In this document: positions 1-8,060 of the stretch, one piece after another
Layout of the letters: every line of letters starts with the position of its first letter
Position numbering within the stretch: position 1 is the stretch's first letter
DNA from: a virus
Strand: one strand, 5' to 3'
IMG/VR virus record: IMGVR_UViG_3300042731_009106
Location: 75,274 to 139,273 of that record
DNA length: 64,000 bases
The notes under the pieces: generated by a model
The model's database searches: none
Told to the model about the DNA's origin: nothing
What the model saw: the letters and a program-made list of their open reading frames with translations, nothing else
Made by a program: the position numbers and the translations under genes

Positions 1-2
1 AT

Positions 3-1073
3 GTCTGCAGGGGAGGTATCTTCGGTGGGCATAAAGACTTTATAGCGGAAGCTAATGCTACTTATTATTATTTATTATTTAATTCTTTGACTGCTGGCTA
101 CATGGGCACGGAAGAAAGTATATTTACTATAATGTCTCACAAAGAGCCTAGTAAATACTCTCGCTTTGAACTTAAAACTGAAGACGCTGGACTACTGTCT
201 CCTTTTTTTGAAGTTCTTAAAAATCACAATACCCTAGAGGTCCCAAAATTATCTAAACCTGTATCCAATAAGTGTTCTTTATATGTTTTAACGTTTAACT
301 CTCCAGATCAATTTTCAAAACTTATACAATCTTTTAAACAGGTTCCAAACTTCTTTGATTTAGTAGACAAGTATGTCTTAGATAACTCTACAGATAGTTC
401 AGTTTTTGAGATCAACCAAAAAATAGCTGATGACAACGGGTTTACTTTAATTAAAAAAGATAACATAGGTATTTGCGGGGGTAGACAATTTATTGCTGAG
501 CATTTCGCTGAAACAGATTCTGAGTATATGTTATTTTTTGAGGATGATATGTTCTTAAACCCACCTAGTGCTTCTGGCTTTTGCAAAAATGGCTTTCGTC
601 AATACGTTGAAGATTTGCTACCCAAAAGCTTAAGGATAATGAATAAGCATAAATTTGACTTCCTCAAGCTGTGTTTTACGGAATTTTTTGGAGACAATAG
701 AACTCAATGGTCTTGGTATAATGTACCTCAAGATGTTAGAGAAAAATACTGGCCTAATTACAACCAACTACCAGAGCATGGCTTGGACCCAAATGCTCCA
801 CTATTATCTTTTGGCGAAATGGGGTTTGAAGACGGCTTGACATTTCTTACTGGAGAGATTTACTATGCTAATTGGCCTCAAATAGTAAGCCAAGAAGGTA
901 GTCGAAAAATGTTTCTCGACACCACTTGGGCCCATCCTTATGAGCAGACATGGATGTCTCACATATATCAAGAAACTAAGAGTGGTAACATCAAGCCAGC
1001 TATTCTATTAGCCACGCCAATTACTCATGACAGGTTTGTTCATTACGATCAATCACAAAGGGTAGAAAGTTGA
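3..1073 (+). CDS. 5'-truncated glycosyltransferase-like protein (HtrL/YibB-like tail followed by a GT2-like domain)
   Basis: The frame of ORF 87..1073 is open back to position 3 (VCRGGIFGGHKDF...GYMGTEESIF), so the gene starts upstream of the window. GT-A-like motifs NIGICGGRQF and YMLFFEDDMF. Confidence 0.6.
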   Translation, partial: VCRGGIFGGHKDFIAEANATYYYLLFNSLTAGYMGTEESIFTIMSHKEPSKYSRFELKTEDAGLLSPFFEVLKNHNTLEVPKLSKPVSNKCSLYVLTFNSPDQFSKLIQSFKQVPNFFDLVDKYVLDNSTDSSVFEINQKIADDNGFTLIKKDNIGICGGRQFIAEHFAETDSEYMLFFEDDMFLNPPSASGFCKNGFRQYVEDLLPKSLRIMNKHKFDFLKLCFTEFFGDNRTQWSWYNVPQDVREKYWPNYNQLPEHGLDPNAPLLSFGEMGFEDGLTFLTGEIYYANWPQIVSQEGSRKMFLDTTWAHPYEQTWMSHIYQETKSGNIKPAILLATPITHDRFVHYDQSQRVES

Positions 1074-1480
1074 AATTTAAAACCTTAACTGGTTCTGTGC
1101 GCAAGGTTATTGGCGTACAAAAATACAGAATTGACTGGGAAGGCAAAAGTAAAAGCAAGTTTCAGCAGTCGGTGAAAATATTTCTTCAAGAATACTGGGA
1201 AAGGCATGTTGTATTTGAGGAGTTTCCTGTCGCAGGTACTCGCATGACTTTTGATTTTTATAATGCCAATGAAAAGGTAGCCATTGAAGTACAAGGCGGT
1301 CAACACACAAAGTATGTACCTTTCTTTCATGGTGGCTACAAGAATAATTACTTAATGCAATTAAAAAGAGATCACCAAAAGCATGACTTCTGTGAATTGA
1401 ATGATATAAAGCTAGTAGAAATATACGAAAAAGATAAATTATCAAAAGATCTTTTTAAAAAGCTAGACATTTTGTTGTGA
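1070..1480 (+). CDS. Vsr/DUF559-like PD-(D/E)XK endonuclease
   Basis: EEFPV...FDFY...AIEVQGGQH motif; GTG start overlaps the upstream TGA. Confidence 0.65.
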   Translation: MKFKTLTGSVRKVIGVQKYRIDWEGKSKSKFQQSVKIFLQEYWERHVVFEEFPVAGTRMTFDFYNANEKVAIEVQGGQHTKYVPFFHGGYKNNYLMQLKRDHQKHDFCELNDIKLVEIYEKDKLSKDLFKKLDILL

Positions 1481-1498
1481 GTAGTGTAATATATATAA

Positions 1499-1759
1499 AT
1501 GCAAGAAATTGACCCAGACAACTTAGGTAGCTTTCAAATCCCAGCGGATGTCCTAGATAAACTTTATGAGTTTACTGGCGGACCTTCAGATCAATCTAAA
1601 GGTTTCATCCTAGCATATACAGATCAAAAAGGCGACCCAATGGTCTATTGCAGGGCTGGAACTCAAATCATAGATATGGGAATCCGCAAAGCTTTAGAGA
1701 AGTATCTAATAGAAATTGAAAGCGTTGATAGTCCATACGATATGGGCGAAGATCAATAA
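1499..1759 (+). CDS. hypothetical protein
   Basis: 86-aa ORF preceded by the GTGTA motif at 1484-1488. Confidence 0.7.
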   Translation: MQEIDPDNLGSFQIPADVLDKLYEFTGGPSDQSKGFILAYTDQKGDPMVYCRAGTQIIDMGIRKALEKYLIEIESVDSPYDMGEDQ

Positions 1760-1765
1760 TTTCTC

Positions 1766-1794
1766 TTGACTTAAGGCTATCTTTGTAGTAAGAT
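1766..1794 (+). promoter_or_regulatory. sigma70-type promoter for the helicase/primase operon
   Basis: TTGACT (1766-71), 17-nt spacer, TAAGAT (1789-94); ATG at 1809. Confidence 0.7.
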
Positions 1795-1808
1795 AGTCAA
1801 AATAAATT

Positions 1809-3326
1809 ATGAGTAAGACTAAATCATTTGAAGTAGAGCGTCAGTTTTTGGCAACATTAATCAACCATCCAGATAGCTACGCTGACATCGCACAATTTAT
1901 TAACGAGAAAGATTTTTGCGCAGAAAATACAAAGGTAAATCGCACAATTTTTTCTATTCTCAAAAGGTCTCTTGATACAGGTCAAGCTCTAGATCATGTA
2001 CTTCTAACAGAGAGAGTGCTATCTTTGGGTGGCTCTTTTAAAGATAACATTAATGTAAGTGATTATATTCAAGCTCTCTCAATGAGAAAGACTAAACCTT
2101 CTTCTTTAGTTGGCTTAGCGCAAGAGTTAAAGAATTTTACCTTCAGAAGGTCTAGCATACAAGCTTTTAGCGAGGCTATTCAATATCTACAAACAGAATC
2201 TATGGAAACTCCATTCACTGGTGTAGTTGATCATGTAGATAAAAAATTCCACGAGACAGTTAATGTTTATGACAATGGAGTTTCTAGTCCAGAAGATTTA
2301 TTTGCCGACATGGAAGAATGGGTTGTGGAAAGAGGTAACAATCCTGTAGACGAGTTTGGTTTAAAAGGTCCCCACAAAAGAATGCATGAATTATATGGTT
2401 CGGTCCTTAGGCCCGGAAACATAACTTGTATTACAGCTAGATCAGGAGTTGGTAAGACTCAATTTTGCTTAGACTTTGTTCTTAAAGCTTCCATTTTAAA
2501 TGGTGGTACTCCAGTCTTGCATTTCGACAACGGAGAAATGAGCAAGGAAGAGCTTCAAGGTAGATTATGTTCTGCATTATCTGGAGTTCCTTTGCATTTA
2601 ATTGAGACAGGTAAATGGAAAACCGATCAAGATGCTATAAATAAAATTTCTGCGGTTTGGCCTAAAGTCAAAAATTATAATTTACATTATTTTAATGTCG
2701 CTGGAATGAATGTTGATATGATGGTCAGCATAGTGAAACGTTTTTATTATGCCAAGGTGGGTAGAGGTAAAGAGATGATATTAAATTTTGATTACATTAA
2801 AACTACTTCCGAAAAAATGGGCAATAAAAACGAATGGCAAGTTGTTGGAGAGATGGTAGACAAGTTTAAGCAATTAATTTCTCATGGAATTACATTTGAC
2901 GGAAAGCCCATGGTTACAATGATGACTAGTGTTCAAACGAATCGACAAGGAATATCCACAAATCGTACTACCGAAAATATTGTAGAGGACGAAAGTATAA
3001 TATCTTTGTCTGATAGAATTATTCAATTTGTTTCACACTTATTTTTCTTGCGCCCTAAAAACGCTCAAGAGATGTCCGACTTTCCAGATTTCGGCACACA
3101 TAAATTAACTTGCTTAAAATCTAGATTCCTTGGCTCCAATCCAATTAGGGCAACAGAATATGTCAGGGTTCCAGATAGCACCAACATGGTTAAGAATGCT
3201 TTATTTTTTACTCTATCAAATTTTTGTGCTACGGAAATAGGAGATCTTGTTGACTGTTATGCAGACATGGAAGCAAGGGCTGACTTAAATCCTGATCACA
3301 GAGACAATCAGCTACCTAATATATGA
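1809..3326 (+). CDS. dnaB: replicative DNA helicase, DnaB family
   Basis: DnaB N-terminal domain, Walker A ARSGVGKT, HFDNGEMS and NFDYIK motifs; no intein-sized insertion. Confidence 0.92.
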   Translation: MSKTKSFEVERQFLATLINHPDSYADIAQFINEKDFCAENTKVNRTIFSILKRSLDTGQALDHVLLTERVLSLGGSFKDNINVSDYIQALSMRKTKPSSLVGLAQELKNFTFRRSSIQAFSEAIQYLQTESMETPFTGVVDHVDKKFHETVNVYDNGVSSPEDLFADMEEWVVERGNNPVDEFGLKGPHKRMHELYGSVLRPGNITCITARSGVGKTQFCLDFVLKASILNGGTPVLHFDNGEMSKEELQGRLCSALSGVPLHLIETGKWKTDQDAINKISAVWPKVKNYNLHYFNVAGMNVDMMVSIVKRFYYAKVGRGKEMILNFDYIKTTSEKMGNKNEWQVVGEMVDKFKQLISHGITFDGKPMVTMMTSVQTNRQGISTNRTTENIVEDESIISLSDRIIQFVSHLFFLRPKNAQEMSDFPDFGTHKLTCLKSRFLGSNPIRATEYVRVPDSTNMVKNALFFTLSNFCATEIGDLVDCYADMEARADLNPDHRDNQLPNI

Positions 3327-4381
3327 TAAACTCAGACAGAATCAAAGAAATATTAGAAGAGTTAGGTTACAAGCTATCCGATAAAGGTTCTTATTGGCAG
3401 TGTGCGGCTTTGTACAGAAATGGCGACAACCAAACTGCACTACAAATCTATAAAGACACAGGAGCTTGGAAAGACTATGTTAAAGGCACTAACTTCATGT
3501 CCTTCAAACAGTTATTAGTATTAACTCTTAATAGCAATGACCCAGATGTTTTAAAAAAATACCTTGATCCTTCAGCAATTACTTTTCTTCAAACAAAATC
3601 TAAAGCAAAAGAAGAGAAAATTGAATCCGAAGACATATACCCACCATCATTATTAGACAACCTATTCCCTCATTACAAATTTTATAATGATAGAGGGATC
3701 GATGATGAAGTTCTTGAGCTTCTTAAAGGTGGGCTAGCTACTAAAGGTCAAATGTATCAAAGGTTTGTTTTCCCTATCTTCAATGAGTACGGTCAAATTC
3801 ATGGATTTTCAGGCAGGGACATGTCAGGCAAAGAAGGCAAGCCCAAATGGAAGCACATGGGGAGAAAAACTAACTGGGTTTACCCAGCATTCATTCCTGA
3901 AGCTAATGGAAAATCTTTATTTGAAAATATAGATACTACTTCTATTATCATAGTGGAAAGTATTGGTGACTGTCTCTCTTTATTGCAAAGAGGGTATAAA
4001 AATGTTCTAGTTTCTTTTGGCTTAGACTTATCCTCTAAAGTCATGTGTTCTTTAATTAGGTTTAATGTGGATAAAGTTTATCTATCATTTAATAATGATT
4101 CTGGTAAAGATGACAATAGGGGAATGAATGCCTGTGTTAAAAGTTATTTAAAACTTTTAAATTTCTTTGATAAAGATTCTATCAAAATATGTCTACCAAT
4201 AAAAAATGACTTTGGAGATATGAATGATAGCGACTTCTCGAAATGGAAAGATAAAATGAATTTTATCGACGAAAACGATCAAGTTCCAAAAATTATTAGT
4301 TTCGCAAAAAAATTAAAAAAACAAAACGGCTTATCCAAGACATTAATAAAACAACTCCAATCTATCGATGAAGAAACATGA
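3323..4381 (+). CDS. dnaG: DNA primase (DnaG-like, TOPRIM)
   Basis: RFVFPIFNEYGQIHGFSGR...KWK catalytic-core motif; TOPRIM IIVESIGD; ATGA-coupled to dnaB. Confidence 0.85.
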   Translation: MINSDRIKEILEELGYKLSDKGSYWQCAALYRNGDNQTALQIYKDTGAWKDYVKGTNFMSFKQLLVLTLNSNDPDVLKKYLDPSAITFLQTKSKAKEEKIESEDIYPPSLLDNLFPHYKFYNDRGIDDEVLELLKGGLATKGQMYQRFVFPIFNEYGQIHGFSGRDMSGKEGKPKWKHMGRKTNWVYPAFIPEANGKSLFENIDTTSIIIVESIGDCLSLLQRGYKNVLVSFGLDLSSKVMCSLIRFNVDKVYLSFNNDSGKDDNRGMNACVKSYLKLLNFFDKDSIKICLPIKNDFGDMNDSDFSKWKDKMNFIDENDQVPKIISFAKKLKKQNGLSKTLIKQLQSIDEET

Positions 4382-5459
4382 ATCAGCCTTATCTGCAAGT
4401 AGGATAAAGACCCTACAAATGTGCTCTTGGAAATATTGGGGCAATTACAAATTAAAACTTCCTGATAAATCTAACGATGGTGCTAGTCGAGGTTGGATAT
4501 GTCACTTAATATTTGAATTACTTGGTGAAGAAAGACATAGACATCATTACGACAAGATCATAACCAAAGGCTCAATTTTTGCTAGTAAAGCCATATCTAA
4601 ATTAGTTTTGTACCATGCTAGAAAACTCAATGTCGATGATGATGAAAATTTACAACTGATAGACGACATGACAGTCAACGGGTTGCATTATGATTTTTTT
4701 GGCGGAGATGACTACAATCCTACTGAGGCTATATCTGAAGAAGCTTTTGACATTGAAGTTGAAACAGAAGACTTTTCTTATCGGATTAAAGGTTTTATTG
4801 ATAAGTTATTTTTATATGAAGATCAATCCTATGCTTTAATTAGGGACTTTAAAAGTAGCAAGCAAGTTTTTAAAGGTAAAGAAATTACCGACAATCTACA
4901 AGACTTAATGTATTCTTTGGCCGTTAAACACCTATACCCAAAGTATAAAAAAAGAGAAAGTGAATTTTTATTTTTAAAATTTAATTTAAATAAAGATCTA
5001 CTGGGTCAATCTGGTAACGGTGTATTAAAAATGGAACCGCTAACTGATGCGGAACTGGTTGGCTTTCAATACGAATTAACTGAAATACAAAACATTATAG
5101 ATAATTTTGATGAAGAGCAAGCTCATTCGAATTTCGCTGGTGCTCAACCCTACCCTTCTGATGGTACGTTTGGAGGGCCCTTGGCATGCGGTAAGGATGG
5201 TTATAAAATGAGCAGAGGTCAACCCGTACTTGACAAAAATGGCGAACCGATACCCGCTTTTATATGCTCTTTCCGAAAGCCATTTAAATATTACGCACTC
5301 AAAAGCGAATCAGGTAAAATTATTAAAACAGTCTTTGAAGAAGACTTAAAAACCTTAGAAGATTTAAAATCCGGAGACCAAACTATTGAACTACTTGAAT
5401 ACAAGGGCTGTCCTTATTGGACGCCCTCAGAATCAGAACATGTAGACTTATTCGATTAA
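4368..5459 (+). CDS. PD-(D/E)XK exonuclease, RecB/AddB/Cas4-like
   Basis: LSASRIKTLQMCSWKYW N-terminus, IKGFIDK and IRDFKSSK motifs, three further Cys in the C-terminal third. Confidence 0.75.
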   Translation: MKKHESALSASRIKTLQMCSWKYWGNYKLKLPDKSNDGASRGWICHLIFELLGEERHRHHYDKIITKGSIFASKAISKLVLYHARKLNVDDDENLQLIDDMTVNGLHYDFFGGDDYNPTEAISEEAFDIEVETEDFSYRIKGFIDKLFLYEDQSYALIRDFKSSKQVFKGKEITDNLQDLMYSLAVKHLYPKYKKRESEFLFLKFNLNKDLLGQSGNGVLKMEPLTDAELVGFQYELTEIQNIIDNFDEEQAHSNFAGAQPYPSDGTFGGPLACGKDGYKMSRGQPVLDKNGEPIPAFICSFRKPFKYYALKSESGKIIKTVFEEDLKTLEDLKSGDQTIELLEYKGCPYWTPSESEHVDLFD

Positions 5460-5477
5460 AAAGTGTAATACATTATT

Positions 5478-6473
5478 ATGGTATTCCCTTTTTTAATAAT
5501 GTTCTCAGCCATTACTTTGGCTGTAGTTGCTGCATATTTCAGCATAATTGGATTAACTACGATATTTCCCGGTGTTTTCTGGGCTATTGTAATCATGGGA
5601 GGCGCTCTAGAAATAGGTAAATTGATTACAGCCGTATGGCTACATCGTAACTGGAAAGATGCTAAAAGGTTTCTCAAGTTTTACTTAACTTCCGCTGTAT
5701 TAATATTGTCAGGTATTACTAGCATGGGTATCTTTGGTTTCTTGAGTAAGTCTCACATTGAGCAAGAGTCAGGTTCTTATCAGATCACTTCTCAAATAAC
5801 TCTTCTGGATAAAAAAATGGAATCTATAGATTCAAAGAAATCATCTTTAGATTTACAGAAAAAAACTAACGAGCAACTAAAAGCGGATGATTATAAATCT
5901 ATAGAAAGACTTAATGCTAGATTGTCTGACCTTGATAACATCATCTCTCAAATTAGGGATCGAGGAGGGTTTTCTGTGAGTAGTAAAATTGAAAAAGAAC
6001 AACAAAATCAATCTGCCGAACGCTCAAAGATAGAATCGCAGAAAGAATCAATACAAACACGTCTCGAAGAGTATAGAGTTAAGCTTGAAGAAAAAATATT
6101 CCCTTCTCTAGAAGAGCTTGAAGAACAATCCCTATCTATTAACTTAGAGAAAGGTAAACTAGAATCCCAATTAAAGACTTTAGAGGCTGAAATTGGTCCA
6201 GTAAAATATATAGCTGAACTCGTTTCTGACTTTGGCGGGCCAGAGGTAGATGCTCAATCAGCCGTGAGGATGGTTATTCTTATTCTGATCTTTGTCTTTG
6301 ACCCTCTAGCAATTCTGTTAGTTGTAGCTGCAGCTGCTAGTTTTAAGGATGCTCGTGGAGATGCTTTACCAAAGGATATGTTGGCTTTGAGAGAAAAGCT
6401 TATTATCGAACTCGAAATGCATATCGCTGACGGTAAACCTGTAGATACTTTTATAGAAAAATATAAATTCTAA
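5478..6473 (+). CDS. membrane protein with a long coiled coil
   Basis: Three N-terminal hydrophobic helices, a Q/E/K-rich coiled coil, and a C-terminal helix ILILIFVFDPLAILLVVAA. Confidence 0.7.
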   Translation: MVFPFLIMFSAITLAVVAAYFSIIGLTTIFPGVFWAIVIMGGALEIGKLITAVWLHRNWKDAKRFLKFYLTSAVLILSGITSMGIFGFLSKSHIEQESGSYQITSQITLLDKKMESIDSKKSSLDLQKKTNEQLKADDYKSIERLNARLSDLDNIISQIRDRGGFSVSSKIEKEQQNQSAERSKIESQKESIQTRLEEYRVKLEEKIFPSLEELEEQSLSINLEKGKLESQLKTLEAEIGPVKYIAELVSDFGGPEVDAQSAVRMVILILIFVFDPLAILLVVAAAASFKDARGDALPKDMLALREKLIIELEMHIADGKPVDTFIEKYKF

Positions 6474-6474
6474 C

Positions 6475-6503
6475 TTGACTTATTCCTATTATAATGCTAT
6501 CAT
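6475..6503 (+). promoter_or_regulatory. sigma70-type promoter giving a leaderless transcript of the polymerase operon
   Basis: TTGACT (6475-80), N17, TATCAT (6498-6503); predicted +1 is 6510, the A of the ATG. Confidence 0.75.
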
Positions 6504-6509
6504 GTAAAG

Positions 6510-7259
6510 ATGATCGCATTATTCAAGAGTCACTACTCTATAGGTAAATCAATTCTGACCCTAGACCACCCAGATAAAGTTAAGGAAGGTGGTTCAGATA
6601 GTATATTTAATATAACCCAAGGAGCCAACCAAGTTGTTTTAGTAGAAGATAGCTTGGTTGGTTTTTTGCAAGCCCAAAAAACTGCTGAGTCGTTGGGTGT
6701 TCAATTGATCTTTGGTTTAAAAATGAACTGCTCCCATGAAGCCGTTGATGATGATGGTCAATATTGCTCGCATAAGATCATCATCTTCGCTAAGAATGAT
6801 AAAGGTTGCAAGCTATTAAATTCCATATACTCAGATGCATTTTGCAACAACGAAGGGACATTAATTCTCTCAAAACTAAAAAACATGTGGGACGAAGATG
6901 CTCTTTCTATGGCTGTGCCTTTTTACGATTCATTCATATTTATGAATAGTATGCATTTTTGTAACTGCATACCAGATTTTAGTTATTGCAAACCAACTTT
7001 TTTCATTGAAAGCAATGATTTACCTTTTGATGATTTCATTAAAAACAAAGTTATCGACTACTGTAAAACATTTAATTATGACCATGAAATGACCAAGTCT
7101 ATTTATTACAAGAACCGCTCTGACTTTGAGGCTTACCAAACCTACAAATGTATTTGTAGTAAAAAATTCAAACAAAGAACTTTAGCAGTTCCAAATTTCG
7201 ATCACTTAGGTAGTCCAGAATTTTGCTACGAAAGTTTTCTAGAACATCAAAATAATTAA
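6510..7259 (+). CDS. stand-alone PHP domain of a split DnaE polymerase (metal ligands degenerate)
   Basis: ALFKSHYSIGKS, QLIFG, HKIIIFAKN and TKSIYY...YKCI align with the DnaE PHP domain, with several His ligands replaced. Confidence 0.75.
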   Translation: MIALFKSHYSIGKSILTLDHPDKVKEGGSDSIFNITQGANQVVLVEDSLVGFLQAQKTAESLGVQLIFGLKMNCSHEAVDDDGQYCSHKIIIFAKNDKGCKLLNSIYSDAFCNNEGTLILSKLKNMWDEDALSMAVPFYDSFIFMNSMHFCNCIPDFSYCKPTFFIESNDLPFDDFIKNKVIDYCKTFNYDHEMTKSIYYKNRSDFEAYQTYKCICSKKFKQRTLAVPNFDHLGSPEFCYESFLEHQNN

Positions 7260-7261
7260 TC

Positions 7262-7438
7262 ATGAATAAAAAAACAGCCATCAAAATAAAAAGAGCAATG
7301 AACTATTCTGATACTGCAGAACAAAAAAGAGTTTACAATGCCATCAAAAAACAGTATAATGGTCTCTCTGCTAAAGAAAAGAATCAATTAATTATAGACT
7401 TAGAAAAAACTTTTAATAATGAACGAGAATCTTCTTAG
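7262..7438 (+). CDS. small basic hypothetical protein (58 aa; not in the ORF track)
   Basis: Translated by hand: MNKKTAIKIKRAMNYSDTAEQKRVYNAIKKQYNGLSAKEKNQLIIDLEKTFNNERESS*; fills the gap between the PHP and exonuclease genes. Confidence 0.55.
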   Translation: MNKKTAIKIKRAMNYSDTAEQKRVYNAIKKQYNGLSAKEKNQLIIDLEKTFNNERESS

Positions 7439-8060
7439 ATTTAACAAAAAACAAAAATATATATTTTTCGATTTTGAAACTTGCTGCCTAAACCTAGGTT
7501 CTCTCGACAATAAGCCTTGGCAATTAGGTTTTATTGTAATTGAGAATGGTAGAGTTGTTAAGAAAAAAGACTATTGGATACAATGGCCTGACTTAAAAAT
7601 GACAGCAGCAGCAGCTAAAATGACAGGGTGGACAAAAGCAAAATACGACAAGAAAGCTACAGATGCAAAATCTATCCTTGCCGAATTTGAACATTACCTA
7701 TACAATAAAGATTATATAAATGTTGGCCACAACATTCTTGGTTTTGATATTTATGTTCATGGTATATACAGAAGGTGCTTGGGCCTTAAACCTGATTATT
7801 CTTATGTTTATAGATCTATTGATACCTTGTGTTTAGCTAAAGCTATTAAAAATGACATAAAATTTGATAGAGATGATAATCTTTTTAGCTGGCAATACAG
7901 ACTCAACAACATGATTGACAGAAAGTCTAAGAAAAAATTAATAGATTTATGCAAAGATTATGATATTAAAATTGATGAAAACAAATTGCATGATGCAATG
8001 TACGACATCGAACAAAATTACGAAGTATTTAAAAAAATGTTATGGGAGGTAAATATATAA
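7419..8060 (+). CDS. DEDDh 3'-5' proofreading exonuclease (epsilon-like)
   Basis: ExoI FFDFET, ExoII GHNILGFD, ExoIII LHDAMYD, all intact. Confidence 0.88.
   Translation: MNENLLRFNKKQKYIFFDFETCCLNLGSLDNKPWQLGFIVIENGRVVKKKDYWIQWPDLKMTAAAAKMTGWTKAKYDKKATDAKSILAEFEHYLYNKDYINVGHNILGFDIYVHGIYRRCLGLKPDYSYVYRSIDTLCLAKAIKNDIKFDRDDNLFSWQYRLNNMIDRKSKKKLIDLCKDYDIKIDENKLHDAMYDIEQNYEVFKKMLWEVNI

Noticed and set aside
4368-5459. Cas4 as evidence of a CRISPR system
   Set aside because: No other cas genes or array; the context is replication and recombination.
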